A stretch of DNA of 64,000 nucleotides from Anaerolineae bacterium (GTDB lineage: Bacteria; Chloroflexota; Anaerolineae; UBA1429), in assembly GCA_963675785.1 (NCBI GenBank), contig OY776562.1:2816001-2880000 (forward strand). The letters run 5' to 3'. The notes beneath the pieces were generated by a model. It saw only the letters and a program-made list of their open reading frames with translations. It was not told the origin of the DNA and searched no databases. The translations under genes and the position numbers were made by a program. Positions 27,389-37,564 of this stretch are shown in pieces. The first letter of the stretch is position 1. Each line of letters starts with the position of its first letter.

Positions 27389-28741
27389 ATGTCAATCAAA
27401 GCTCAAGATATCGCCAATCACTGGCAGCATGTGGCCGACTGGGTTGATTGGGAGCATACCTGCGACGGGTTCAAAGCGGGATCGCCAAATACGCCCATTA
27501 CACATATTGCCGTAGGGTGGCAGTCAACAATGGATGCCCTGCGTCAAGCCAATGATCTCGGCTGCGAGTTATTCATCACCCACGAACCCACTTTTTACAG
27601 TCATATGGATGATAACGAAGCCTGGAAAGCCACCCCAGCTGCTCAAGAAAAAATGCGCTTTCTGCAAGAAACAGGAATGGTTGTCTATCGCTGCCACGAT
27701 GCTTGGGATACCTTCCCTAAAATAGGTGTAAGGGATAGCTGGAGCGCCTACCTTGATCTGGGCGAGCCCGTGGCACAGCGGGGCTATTACAACCTGCATG
27801 ATGTTCCCATGACCACGGCCTGGGAACTCGCTGGCCGTATCGCTGAAAAAGTAAAACCCTTGCGACAGCAGGGCGTACAGTTCATCGGCCAAAAGCAACA
27901 CATGGTTGACAAGCTGGCCATTGGCACAGGAGCCATAACCAATGCTCAGGAGATGGTCGCTATGGGAGCAGATGTCGTGCTGCTCACCGATGACGGCATG
28001 GTACAGTGGCGGGACGGAGCTTGGCTAGCGGATACGAACATCCCTGCAATTGTAGTCAATCACACTACAGCAGAATTCCCCGGTATAAGAAACCTTCAGG
28101 TATATCTGAAGGAAACTTTTGATGTTCCCGTAGAATTGGTTGGTGATAGTTGCGGGTATGAGATGTGGGTCACCCAACCTCGATTGGACGTAGCTGTACG
28201 CATGTTTCGCTCCTCTCTCAACGACCTGCCAGAGATTCAACTACCAGATGGCTATCATTGTGCAGATATGCAAGAAGACCAGGTATGGGCTTATATTGAA
28301 GTGATGAACCAGTCCAACTTTTCCGGTAATTGCGATCAGGCATGGTTCGAACGAACATTTGCATCAGACCCCTTATACAGGCCAGAATATATCAAAATCA
28401 TTTGGAAAGGCGACAAGCCGGTAGCAGCCGCAGCGGCATGGCACACAGATAGCGATGAAGAACCTCGCGGAAAGCTACATTGGGTAGGTGCCATCAATAC
28501 TGCCCGTGGGCTGGGGTTGGGCAAAGCGATTACATTGGCTGCGCTTTATGGACACAAAGCACGCGGGTTTAAACAAGCCATACTAGATACACATACATGG
28601 CGTTTGAATGCGATTGCTGCTTATATGCACATGGGTTTTGAGCCGTTGCCAACAGAAACTGCGCCACAAGAAGTTTGGGACCAAGTATTAAAAGATTTGG
28701 AAACATGGCGGAAACGCTATGCGGTGATGAAAGGACACTAG
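27389..28741 (+). CDS. NIF3 (DUF34)-like dinuclear metal protein fused to a C-terminal GNAT acetyltransferase
   Basis: ITHEPTFY, RCHD, NHTTAE; C-terminal ARGLGLGKA and AIAAYMHMGF; AAGGAG RBS before ATG 27389. Confidence 0.8.
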   Translation: MSIKAQDIANHWQHVADWVDWEHTCDGFKAGSPNTPITHIAVGWQSTMDALRQANDLGCELFITHEPTFYSHMDDNEAWKATPAAQEKMRFLQETGMVVYRCHDAWDTFPKIGVRDSWSAYLDLGEPVAQRGYYNLHDVPMTTAWELAGRIAEKVKPLRQQGVQFIGQKQHMVDKLAIGTGAITNAQEMVAMGADVVLLTDDGMVQWRDGAWLADTNIPAIVVNHTTAEFPGIRNLQVYLKETFDVPVELVGDSCGYEMWVTQPRLDVAVRMFRSSLNDLPEIQLPDGYHCADMQEDQVWAYIEVMNQSNFSGNCDQAWFERTFASDPLYRPEYIKIIWKGDKPVAAAAAWHTDSDEEPRGKLHWVGAINTARGLGLGKAITLAALYGHKARGFKQAILDTHTWRLNAIAAYMHMGFEPLPTETAPQEVWDQVLKDLETWRKRYAVMKGH

Positions 28742-28742
28742 T

Positions 28743-30485
28743 TTGAAAACCGTAAAAAGAGTATTTGTATACTTAAAGCCCTACAGGTGGGCGTTGGTCG
28801 TCGCCATTACAGCCATGGTAGGCTTGGTGGTAACCGAGCTGGCTACGCCCGAAGTCGTTCGACGCCTTACTGCTGCTATCACTGGCGGAACATGGAATGA
28901 TGAAACACAAAAGTTTGTCACTACCCTGGCGCTTGCTCTCCTCATTCTCTATACCTTGCGCGCAGGGCTCTCCTTTTTAAGAAGTTATTTTGCGCATATT
29001 GCCGGTTGGGGCGTCGTCGCTGATGCCCGGCGCAGTATTTATGCTCATCTACAAAAGCTCTCCTTGCGATACTATGAAAATCAGCAGACGGGGCAGCTCA
29101 TGTCTCGCATGGTCAATGACTCGGACTATTTCGAGAGGCTCATCTCTCACGCCGTCCCTGATACATTGGTCAATATTCTGGAACTGGTTGCCGTCAGCGT
29201 CATGCTCAGCAGCATCAACTGGAAGCTTATGCTGCTGACGCTTATCCCTGTGCCTTTTATTGTTATTGGTATGCAAGGCTATGCAAAATTCGTTCGCCCG
29301 GCCTTTCGCACCCGGCAGAAAGAGTTGGCCGAGCTCAATGCTGTTCTCAACGACAACTTATCTGGCATTCGTGAGATCAAAGCTTTCAACCGTGAAGATA
29401 TCGAGGCAACACGTATCGGCCAACGTATCGATAACTATCGCCTCTCTTTGCTTCGCGCCTTGAGGCTCATGGCTACTTTTGGTCCTGGTGTCGAGTGGGC
29501 CAGCTCGTTGGGCACAGTCATCGTCATCTTTTTTGGCGGACGGATGGCTTTTCAGGGGATACTGCCGCTTTCCGATTTGATTGCCTTTATTATGTACCTC
29601 AGCATCTTTTATCAGCCGATTCGCGCCCTCTCTACAGCCTGGGAAGCCATTCAGGAAGCCGCTGCTGGCGCAGATCGTGTTGTCGAGTTGCTAGATGAAG
29701 AACCAGATGTGATCGATCTGCCGAACGCCATTGACATTGAGCACTGTACCGGGCATATCTCCTTCCAAGATGTGAACTTTGCCTACATCGAAGGAGACCC
29801 CGTATTACAGCATATCGAACTGGACATCCCTGCCGGATCCGTCACTGCCCTCGTTGGCCCTACCGGTGTTGGCAAAACGACGATGGCCAGTCTTATTCCT
29901 CGCTTTTACGACGTTTCTCAGGGCAGTATCTCTATAGATGGACACGATATTCGTGACCTGACGTTGGCATCCCTACGCAGCAACATTGCCATGGTTCTGC
30001 AGGACGTCTTCTTGTTCCATGGTACGGTGCGAGAGAACATCCTCTTTGGCAAGCCAAACGCCTCTGAAGAAGAGATGCGCCAGGCGGCAGACATAGCCAA
30101 CGCGACCGAGTTCATCAGCAAACTATCCGATGGTTACGACACAATGATCGGGGAGCGCGGTGTCAAGCTCTCTGGCGGGCAAAAGCAGAGAATTTCAATC
30201 GCCCGTGCCATCCTCAAGAATGCCCCTATCCTCATCTTGGATGAGGCAACCTCTAGCGTAGACACACAAACCGAATTGTTGATTCAGCAGGCACTTGAGC
30301 GGCTGATGATAGGACGAACTACACTCATCATCGCCCACCGGCTTTCGACCATTCGCAATGCCGACCAGATCATTGTCCTTGAAGGCACCGGTATCAAGGA
30401 AAAGGGAACACATCACGAGCTAGATCAGCTGGGTGGGCGCTATCACGAGCTCTTGCAGGCCCAAACATGGCTGGCTTCGCAATGA
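28743..30485 (+). CDS. ABC exporter, fused permease and ATPase (MsbA/Sav1866 type)
   Basis: Six-TM region, GPTGVGKT, LSGGQKQR, ILDEATS. Confidence 0.95.
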   Translation: MKTVKRVFVYLKPYRWALVVAITAMVGLVVTELATPEVVRRLTAAITGGTWNDETQKFVTTLALALLILYTLRAGLSFLRSYFAHIAGWGVVADARRSIYAHLQKLSLRYYENQQTGQLMSRMVNDSDYFERLISHAVPDTLVNILELVAVSVMLSSINWKLMLLTLIPVPFIVIGMQGYAKFVRPAFRTRQKELAELNAVLNDNLSGIREIKAFNREDIEATRIGQRIDNYRLSLLRALRLMATFGPGVEWASSLGTVIVIFFGGRMAFQGILPLSDLIAFIMYLSIFYQPIRALSTAWEAIQEAAAGADRVVELLDEEPDVIDLPNAIDIEHCTGHISFQDVNFAYIEGDPVLQHIELDIPAGSVTALVGPTGVGKTTMASLIPRFYDVSQGSISIDGHDIRDLTLASLRSNIAMVLQDVFLFHGTVRENILFGKPNASEEEMRQAADIANATEFISKLSDGYDTMIGERGVKLSGGQKQRISIARAILKNAPILILDEATSSVDTQTELLIQQALERLMIGRTTLIIAHRLSTIRNADQIIVLEGTGIKEKGTHHELDQLGGRYHELLQAQTWLASQ

Positions 30486-30486
30486 G

Positions 30487-30516
30487 TTATCCCCAATTGT
30501 GGATAACTGTGGATAA
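30487..30516. promoter_or_regulatory. Compact cluster of three DnaA boxes
   Basis: TTATCCCCA (30487, 1 mismatch), TGTGGATAA (30498), TGTGGATAA (30508). Confidence 0.75.
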
Positions 30517-30525
30517 ACTAACCCT

Positions 30526-31281
30526 ATGAGAATTCTTGCTATCTCTTGCGAAGTTCTTGCCCGCTTGCTCTATGCATCTGCCGCGACGAGCCCTCATGTC
30601 ATCGACATACGGCTCGTCGACAAAGGGCTGCACACCAAGCCGCAAGAATTACAACGCTATCTCCAGGGTCTTCTCAATGAAATAGACCCCAACAGCTATG
30701 ATGCCATTGTATTGGGATACGGCCTCTGCAGCAACGCCACCGTTGGCCTTACAGCACCGATCAAAATGGTCATTCCTCGGGCGCACGATTGCATCACCCT
30801 ATTTCTGGGTAATCGAGAAAAATACGCTGCCGAGTTTCGCGAACACCCTGGCACGTATTGGTACGAGCCTGATTACATGGAGAGGAACTCGGCGAATGGT
30901 GATTCGCTCGGTTTGGGCTCAGATAACGACCAGAGCGTAAAAGAACAATATGCTGAATATGTGACCAAATATGGCCAGGATAACGCCGATTATCTGATGC
31001 AGGTTATGGGCGCATGGAAGAGCCATTATGATCGGGCTGCCTTTATCCGCGTCGAAGATGTTCCATTGCCTGACTATACTCCTCAGGTTAGGACTATTGC
31101 CCGTGATAGAGGTTGGAACTATGCTGAAATAACCGGGCATAGTGAGCTAATCAGGTGTTTGCTCCATGGAGAATGGGACAACGGAGCCTTTTTAACCCTT
31201 GAACCAGGGGAGAGCCTAGAACCATCTTACGATGCCAGTATCATGCGGTGTCCGTTCAAACAAGGAGAGAGCCATGTCTGA
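30526..31281 (+). CDS. DUF1638 domain protein
   Basis: [35 protein letters not shown]. Confidence 0.8.
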   Translation: MRILAISCEVLARLLYASAATSPHVIDIRLVDKGLHTKPQELQRYLQGLLNEIDPNSYDAIVLGYGLCSNATVGLTAPIKMVIPRAHDCITLFLGNREKYAAEFREHPGTYWYEPDYMERNSANGDSLGLGSDNDQSVKEQYAEYVTKYGQDNADYLMQVMGAWKSHYDRAAFIRVEDVPLPDYTPQVRTIARDRGWNYAEITGHSELIRCLLHGEWDNGAFLTLEPGESLEPSYDASIMRCPFKQGESHV

Positions 31282-32182
31282 CACGCAAAACAAGAGAGAG
31301 TCTCTTTATTCTCTTCTTGGCGACCTACCTGACCGTAATCGCCCCATAGAGATTGAGATAGTTTCTATAGAGACACGGGATGATTACATACTCGAGACGT
31401 TGGTCCTTGATTTGAATGGAATTGAACGGGTGCCAGCCTATATGGTGCGTCCTCTCGAACAGAATGGCCCTGTCCCCTGCGTCATCTATAACCATGCCCA
31501 CGGTGGTGATTATGTGCTCGGCAAAAACGAACTCATCGATGGGCGTTCTCACCTAAAGAACCCGCCCTATGCCGTCGCTCTTGCCAAAGAAGGCTATGCA
31601 GTACTGGCCATCGATCATTGGAATTTTGGTGAAAGACGCGGACGTACCGAAAGTGCCTTGTTCAAAGAATTGTTGTGGAAGGGCCAAGTTCTGTGGGGAC
31701 TGATGGTCTATGATAGCCTGCGTGCAGTAGACTATGTTTGTTCTCGAAACGATATCGACTCCTCGCGAATCGCTACCTTGGGGCTTTCTATGGGCAGTTC
31801 TATGGCTTGGTGGTTGGCTGCGCTGGACGAGCGCATTCGTGTATGTGTCGATCTTTGTTGCCTAACCGATTTTGATTCACTTGTCCAGGCTCATGGTCTG
31901 GATGGTCACGGTCTGTATTACTATGTCCCTTCTCTGCTCAAATATTTCGACACTTTTTCCATCAACGCGCTGATTGCACCGCGCGCTCATCTCTCTATAA
32001 ATGGTAATCTCGATCCCCTAACGCCCTCCGCTGGTTTGGACAAGCTGGAGGCCCTCCTTGGCGAGCTCTATTGCAGCTTGAATGCTGCTGATAACTGGCA
32101 TATGCAGCGCTACGAAACGGGCCACTATGAAACAATGCATGCCCGTTTCCTCATCCTCAAGTTCCTTCGAGAGAAACTATAA
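31274..32182 (+). CDS. Alpha/beta hydrolase (dienelactone hydrolase-like)
   Basis: HAHGG, GLSMGS, LIAPR, C-terminal GH; AGGAG RBS before ATG 31274. Confidence 0.8.
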   Translation: MSDTQNKRESLYSLLGDLPDRNRPIEIEIVSIETRDDYILETLVLDLNGIERVPAYMVRPLEQNGPVPCVIYNHAHGGDYVLGKNELIDGRSHLKNPPYAVALAKEGYAVLAIDHWNFGERRGRTESALFKELLWKGQVLWGLMVYDSLRAVDYVCSRNDIDSSRIATLGLSMGSSMAWWLAALDERIRVCVDLCCLTDFDSLVQAHGLDGHGLYYYVPSLLKYFDTFSINALIAPRAHLSINGNLDPLTPSAGLDKLEALLGELYCSLNAADNWHMQRYETGHYETMHARFLILKFLREKL

Positions 32183-32203
32183 TTTTGTATCTCCTCAAAA
32201 ACT

Positions 32204-32222
32204 AGAACATTTGTGTTATAAT
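32204..32222 (+). promoter_or_regulatory. Extended -10 promoter overlapped by a degenerate LexA-like box
   Basis: AGAAC-ATTT-GTGTT overlapping TGtTATAAT upstream of dinG. Confidence 0.4.
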
Positions 32223-32265
32223 AATCGTCCGGTTGTTTCGCGTCACAAGTTTTGAATGGAGATGC

Positions 32266-35097
32266 ATGGATCGTATCTATGTCGCCCTCGATCTAGAGAT
32301 GACAGGGCTTGATCCTCGCAAAGATGATATTATTGAGATTGGCCTGGTTCAATTTCGCAATACAGAAATCATCGAAGAGTTTACAAGCCTCGTCCATCCT
32401 AGAATGCCCATACCGCTTAAAATCGAGCAGATCGTAGGCATCAGTCAGAGCGAAGTTGATACTGCCCCCAATTTTCGTTCGTTAATGGGGCAGATTCTGC
32501 GCATCTGTCGAGACCACCCTATTGTTGCTCACAGTGTTTCTATGGACATGCGTTTTATGCAGCGCGCTGGTATGCTTGTTAATAATTTGCCCGTCGATAC
32601 CTTTGAACTGGCTAGCATTGTCCTTCCAGGAATTGGGCGCTATTCCCTCGAAAGCATTTCAGAGAAATTGGGCGTATCCCTCAACCAGGCGCATCGAGCC
32701 CTTCCCGATGCCCGGGCGACGATGCAGGTGTTTTTGCAGCTTCTGGACCAAGCCCGCAACTGGGACACTCTTCTCATCGAAGAGATCGCCCGTGTTACTA
32801 TGGGAAGCTCTTGGCCACTTGCCCACGTTTTCAACGATTTAGCCGAAGAACGGCGTAGCCATTCACTTTTTGCTACAACTACTCGTCAATCCCAGGCAGC
32901 AGAACGTTTTGCAGCAGAAGCGCTAGGCCCAGCGTTGGAACCCCACGAGCACATCACGCCACCCGATCCAGAACAGGTGCAAGAGCTATTGGGCCCAGAA
33001 GGGCCCTTTGCGCATGCTCTGGCAGCTTATGAAAACCGACCACAGCAGCTCGATATGGCCAAGGCCGTTTCTGAAGCTTTCGGCATTCCCACTCACTTGC
33101 TGGTAGAAGCCGGTACAGGCGTGGGTAAATCCCTGGCTTATCTAGTTCCGGCAGCGCTCTTGGCTTCTCAAAATGATATTAGGGTCGTTATCTCTTCCAA
33201 CACAATCAACCTCCAGGATCAGCTCTTTGCCAAAGATATTCCTGATGTCCGCGAGACGCTAGGGATTCCCTTCCGTGCGGCTATTCTCAAAGGACGCGCC
33301 AATTATTTGTGCCGCCGGCGGCTCGACACCCTCCGTAACGGACACCAAATCAATCCTGAACAAACAGGAGGCCTGGTAAAAATTTTGGCCTGGGATCATA
33401 TCACTACAACTGGCGACCGCGCTGAGTTAATCCTCGTCGATGAAGAGCAAACTCTTTGGCAACAAGTACAATCAACACCTGAAACCTGCCTTGCTGATAG
33501 CTGCCCCTACCAACGGCAGGGACGGTGTTTCTTTAATCAGGCTCGCACAAAGGCAGAACGAGCTCATATCCTTGTTGTCAACCATGCTCTCTTGCTACTT
33601 GATTTGGTGATGGACAATCGATTGCTACCACAATATGACTATGTGGTCATCGATGAGGCCCACCATCTCGAAGCAGCAGCTACCGATCAATTTGGCCTAC
33701 AAATCGCCCAACGCGATGTGCTTGGTTTTCTGACAAGCGTTTATTACGAAAGCGGAGGGCTTCCAGGAGGCCTTCTCTCGCGCATCCCTGTCGTCTACCA
33801 GCACCCGAGCGTCTCCAAGGAACATCAAGCCGCGGCTACAAAGTTGATCGATACCATCACAGAAGCCGTACAAGCAGCCCAAAAGAGAACTTTTGACCTG
33901 TTCAACACACTGCAAGCATTTACCAACGAACAGGCCGAGGTCATTCAAGGGCGAGCGGGTTTTGAAAGAAACATTCCTCTCACCAACGGACAGCGCGTTC
34001 AGCCCTCTTGGTCGGCCATCGAAATCACCTGGGAAGAGCTTTCCATCCCTATGCGGCGCATCACCAAAGGGCTAGAAGAACTGAACTCTGACATCGAAGA
34101 GATGGACATTACCGAGGTTCCCGAGATGGATGAGTTACTTCAGCTCTTAAAGATCACTGTTATGCGCGGTAACGAGATTCTTGTTGGCATGGAACACGTT
34201 CTGCTCTCGCCAGAAGATAACGATGTTACTTGGATCGCCATCGGTAGGGAAGAGGGTGAAATATCACTCTGTGATGCGCCCCTCCATGTGGGGCAGCTCC
34301 TTCGCGAAAAGTTATTTGAACAAAAGGCCTCGGTGGTACTTACCTCGGCTACTTTGCAAACAAACAACAGCTTTCGCTACATCGAAGAACGCATTGGTCT
34401 TGATGAACCGATCGAGTTGGCGCTAGATTCGCCCTTTGATTACGAACACGCTGTACTGCTTTATGTCCCCAAAAACATCCCTGAACCGAATGAACCCAAC
34501 TACCAACACACAGTAGAAGAGGCTCTGATTGAGCTGTGTGAGGCAACTGAAGGGCGCACGCTGGTACTTTTTACCTCTAATAGCCAGTTGCGACGCACCT
34601 ATGAAAGCATCCAATCACCTTTAGAAGAACGCGGGATTGTTGTGTATGGGCAGAACTTTGACGGTTCGCGACGTCAGGTGCTAGATCATTTCAAGAGCAC
34701 AGAGAGAGCTGTGCTACTGGGAACACGCAGTTTTTGGGAGGGCGTAGACATCGTCGGAGAAGACCTGACCTGCCTGGTCATTGCCCGACTGCCTTTTTCT
34801 GTGCCCACCGAACCCGTATTCGCCGCGCGATCCCAAACCTTTGAAGATCCTTTTAACCAATTCTACCTACCAGAAGCCATCCTTAGGTTCCGACAAGGCT
34901 TTGGACGCCTGATTCGCAGCAACACCGATTACGGCTTTGTCTGCGTGCTCGACAAAAGAATCCTGACAAAATCCTACGGCAAGATGATGCTGCAATCCAT
35001 ACCCAAGTGTACCGCCAGAATGGGGCCACTATCCTCCCTGGCGGACTTGGCCAAGAGGTGGCTCGATCCCAGAAACCGAGCCAGATTAGAGTCATAA
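32266..35097 (+). CDS. dinG: DnaQ-like exonuclease fused to DinG family helicase
   Basis: DLEMTG and HRALPDA (DEDDh), EAGTGVGKS, KGRANYLC, DEAH, FWEGVD, QGFGRLIR. Confidence 0.92.
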   Translation: MDRIYVALDLEMTGLDPRKDDIIEIGLVQFRNTEIIEEFTSLVHPRMPIPLKIEQIVGISQSEVDTAPNFRSLMGQILRICRDHPIVAHSVSMDMRFMQRAGMLVNNLPVDTFELASIVLPGIGRYSLESISEKLGVSLNQAHRALPDARATMQVFLQLLDQARNWDTLLIEEIARVTMGSSWPLAHVFNDLAEERRSHSLFATTTRQSQAAERFAAEALGPALEPHEHITPPDPEQVQELLGPEGPFAHALAAYENRPQQLDMAKAVSEAFGIPTHLLVEAGTGVGKSLAYLVPAALLASQNDIRVVISSNTINLQDQLFAKDIPDVRETLGIPFRAAILKGRANYLCRRRLDTLRNGHQINPEQTGGLVKILAWDHITTTGDRAELILVDEEQTLWQQVQSTPETCLADSCPYQRQGRCFFNQARTKAERAHILVVNHALLLLDLVMDNRLLPQYDYVVIDEAHHLEAAATDQFGLQIAQRDVLGFLTSVYYESGGLPGGLLSRIPVVYQHPSVSKEHQAAATKLIDTITEAVQAAQKRTFDLFNTLQAFTNEQAEVIQGRAGFERNIPLTNGQRVQPSWSAIEITWEELSIPMRRITKGLEELNSDIEEMDITEVPEMDELLQLLKITVMRGNEILVGMEHVLLSPEDNDVTWIAIGREEGEISLCDAPLHVGQLLREKLFEQKASVVLTSATLQTNNSFRYIEERIGLDEPIELALDSPFDYEHAVLLYVPKNIPEPNEPNYQHTVEEALIELCEATEGRTLVLFTSNSQLRRTYESIQSPLEERGIVVYGQNFDGSRRQVLDHFKSTERAVLLGTRSFWEGVDIVGEDLTCLVIARLPFSVPTEPVFAARSQTFEDPFNQFYLPEAILRFRQGFGRLIRSNTDYGFVCVLDKRILTKSYGKMMLQSIPKCTARMGPLSSLADLAKRWLDPRNRARLES

Positions 35098-35167
35098 CCT
35101 TGGAGAAACGACGCCTAGTGCCTATAATTGATTGGATTATGTTGTGTACTCGCTTAAGGAGCGCTAG

Positions 35168-35725
35168 ATGATCTCTGTAACCGAAATGCGCAAGGGCGTA
35201 ACCTGTGAAATCGACGGTCAACTCTGGAAAGTGCTCGAATACGACCACTACAAGCCAGGGAGAGGCTCTGCCGTGATTCGCACAAAACTTCGCAACCTGC
35301 GCACTGGAGCCACTGTCAACCGAACGTTCATCTCTGGAGAGAAAATCCAGGATGTTCGGCTTGACCATCGCACTGTTCAATATATGTACAATGACGGCGA
35401 GATGTATTATTTTATGGACTTGGAAACCTACGAGCAGCCCGCAATCAATAAAAGTTTACTCGAAGACGTTATCCCTTACATGAAAGAAGGGACCACTCTC
35501 GATTTGGAAACCTACGAGAATGAGCCCATCGACATCGAAGTGCCCATGACCGTCGAACTGCTTGTAACAGATGCTCCACCAGGATATGCCGGCGATACGG
35601 CAACAGGTGCCACGAAAGATGTCACCACGGAGACGGGCTATGTCGTCAAGGTGCCTCTTTTTATCAAAGAGAATGATGTCATTCGTATCGATACCCGAAC
35701 CGGTGAGTATCTCACAAGGGTTTAG
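35168..35725 (+). CDS. efp: Elongation factor P (Arg32 type)
   Basis: KPGRGSA, YFMDLETYEQ, GDTA, VPLFI, IDTRTGEY. Confidence 0.97.
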   Translation: MISVTEMRKGVTCEIDGQLWKVLEYDHYKPGRGSAVIRTKLRNLRTGATVNRTFISGEKIQDVRLDHRTVQYMYNDGEMYYFMDLETYEQPAINKSLLEDVIPYMKEGTTLDLETYENEPIDIEVPMTVELLVTDAPPGYAGDTATGATKDVTTETGYVVKVPLFIKENDVIRIDTRTGEYLTRV

Positions 35726-35749
35726 GTTGTGGTTATTTATCCACAAGGG

Positions 35750-35791
35750 AAGAGGGTCCGAGTCAATTATTGGCTTGGACCCTCTTTTTTT
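35750..35791 (+). terminator. Terminator between efp and pcm
   Basis: AAGAGGGTCCGAGTCAA / TTGGCTTGGACCCTCTT followed by T run. Confidence 0.7.
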
Positions 35792-36420
35792 CGTAGCATC
35801 GGGACAAAGACTACACCTGAAACATTTCTCTTGTTGATCAGGCCTTTTTTCTTTTCTATTTTCAACAGACGCTGAATCCTTCCAGGCTCGCCAACAGGAA
35901 GAATCATAATTCCCGGATCACCAAGTTGCTTTAGCAAAGGCGGAGGAACGTGGTCGGGTGCACAAGTTACAATAATACGGTCGAACGGTGCTTCTTTAGG
36001 AATGCCCTCATAGCCATCCCCCTCTACAAAGTGCACATTTTCTGTCAGTCCATGTTTTCTTAGTGCCTCTATGGCTTGCAACTGCATCTCTTTCCAGAAC
36101 TCGATAGTCCAGACCTCTGCACCCAGAAAAGCAAGTATAGCCGTTTGATATCCGGAACCTGTGCCAATCTCTAATATTTTGTTATCAGGTTGAACGCCAA
36201 GTAACATTGTCATCAACGCCACAATATAGGGCTGCGAGATCGTTTGCCCCAAGCCAATAGATATCGGGGAATCCTCATAAGACTGAGAGCGTTTTGCAAG
36301 AGGAACGAAAAGAGAACGATCGATGAAACGAAAGGCTTTTAGCAAGGATTCATCTTGAATACCTCGCGAAGAAAACTGCTGCTCGATTTGATTTTCTGTG
36401 AACCCCTGAAGGTACTTCAT
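35767..36420 (-). CDS. pcm: Protein-L-isoaspartate O-methyltransferase
   Basis: GQTISQPYIVA, LEIGTGSGYQTA, GDGYEG, APFDRI, FVPM. Confidence 0.95.
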   Translation of the reverse strand: MKYLQGFTENQIEQQFSSRGIQDESLLKAFRFIDRSLFVPLAKRSQSYEDSPISIGLGQTISQPYIVALMTMLLGVQPDNKILEIGTGSGYQTAILAFLGAEVWTIEFWKEMQLQAIEALRKHGLTENVHFVEGDGYEGIPKEAPFDRIIVTCAPDHVPPPLLKQLGDPGIMILPVGEPGRIQRLLKIEKKKGLINKRNVSGVVFVPMLRKKEGPSQ

Positions 36421-36429
36421 AACATACCA

Positions 36430-36860
36430 TCTTTTAGAAGACTATTTATACACATATCTTATCTATAATATATATCTTTTATAGTAGCCGTAGTAGAGCC
36501 TGTGGATTTGTGGGTAAGAAGAAACAAAGCACAAGCTGTGGATAACGGACGTAAGATCAGGGGCTATCTTGTGGAACTACATCCACAAGGTCTGTGGATA
36601 ACTTTTCCACAAGTGAAAGAAGCTATTTTCTTATGAAGAGGAGCAAGAAGATCCTTCGAAGGAATCAATCCCGTATACAGTACCTTGCTCAAAAATACTA
36701 CTATATATGGAGCTTCTCTGAAGCGTGTCGCTATAGGATGATGTAGGGTTATTAAAGGGTATGCACAGGCAAGGAGAGGTTATCCACATTGAAGGATACT
36801 TATCCACAGGCTATTTGTGGATAAGTAAAAGAGGGGTGGTTTTATCCACCCCTCTTTTTT
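36430..36860. other. oriC: Probable replication origin oriC
   Basis: Five perfect DnaA boxes (36537, 36593, 36780, 36800, 36816) plus several near matches; on the minus strand tandem boxes TTACCCACA-AATCCACA, GGCT, CTACTACGGCTACTA trios and an AT cluster. Confidence 0.85.
36827..36860 (-). terminator. Terminator shielding the origin from the cps-like operon
   Basis: AAAAGAGGGGTGG / CCACCCCTCTTTT. Confidence 0.7.
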
Positions 36861-36874
36861 CAGCAAGATTCAGT

Positions 36875-37534
36875 CTAGTAATTCGAGATTGTCATGTCAG
36901 TTTCGGAGTTGCAGAGTACTGCGCCCAACAGGTTGGCACGTGCTTTATGCAGTTGATCTGCAGCGTGCTGTACCTGATCTCGTTTGGTCTTTCGGGCAGT
37001 GACCACCAACAGGCAGGCATCTACTCGTGTGGCCAGCAGAGAAGCATCTGTGGCTACCAACACTGGCGGCGCGTTAAAGATGACGATATCACATTGAGAA
37101 GTAAGAGCTTTAATAACTTGCTCCATGCGTTTGCTGCTGAGAATATCAGCGGGACGCGTGGACGCTTGCCCTGCTGATATAACGCGCAGATTATCGACGG
37201 CAGTCCATTGAAGAGGGGGATCTTCCATGGTTTCTTCTTCTAGAACCATGTTGGATAAACCCTTTTCGTTAGGCAATCCCAAGAGCTCATGGATTGAGGG
37301 TCTACGCAGATCGGCATCTACGAGAATGACCTGTTGATCTACCTGGGCAAGAGTTATGGCCAGATTCGTCAAAGTTGTTTCCTTGTTATCATCAATATCT
37401 GGTGAGGTGATGAGTAAGGAATGGATCGGCGCATCCAAAGATGCAAATTGAAGGTTCATGCGTAGTGAGCGAAAAGCCTCACTTGCAGGAGAATATGGAT
37501 CCGAAAGAACAACGAGTCTCTTGAGGTCTGTCAC
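36875..37534 (-). CDS. CpsD/CapB family BY-kinase homolog with degenerate catalytic motifs
   Basis: SEAFRSLRMNL and VDADLRRP intact; Walker A reads DDNKET, Walker B reads IFNAPP; GTG start after GGAGG. Confidence 0.85.
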   Translation of the reverse strand: MTDLKRLVVLSDPYSPASEAFRSLRMNLQFASLDAPIHSLLITSPDIDDNKETTLTNLAITLAQVDQQVILVDADLRRPSIHELLGLPNEKGLSNMVLEEETMEDPPLQWTAVDNLRVISAGQASTRPADILSSKRMEQVIKALTSQCDIVIFNAPPVLVATDASLLATRVDACLLVVTARKTKRDQVQHAADQLHKARANLLGAVLCNSETDMTISNY

Positions 37535-37564
37535 TGATAAGCCTCCATGCAAAGGTTCTGGCAT

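Noticed and set aside
36761-37177. 138-aa plus-strand ORF
   Set aside because: Runs through DnaA boxes and a terminator and is antisense to the BY-kinase gene
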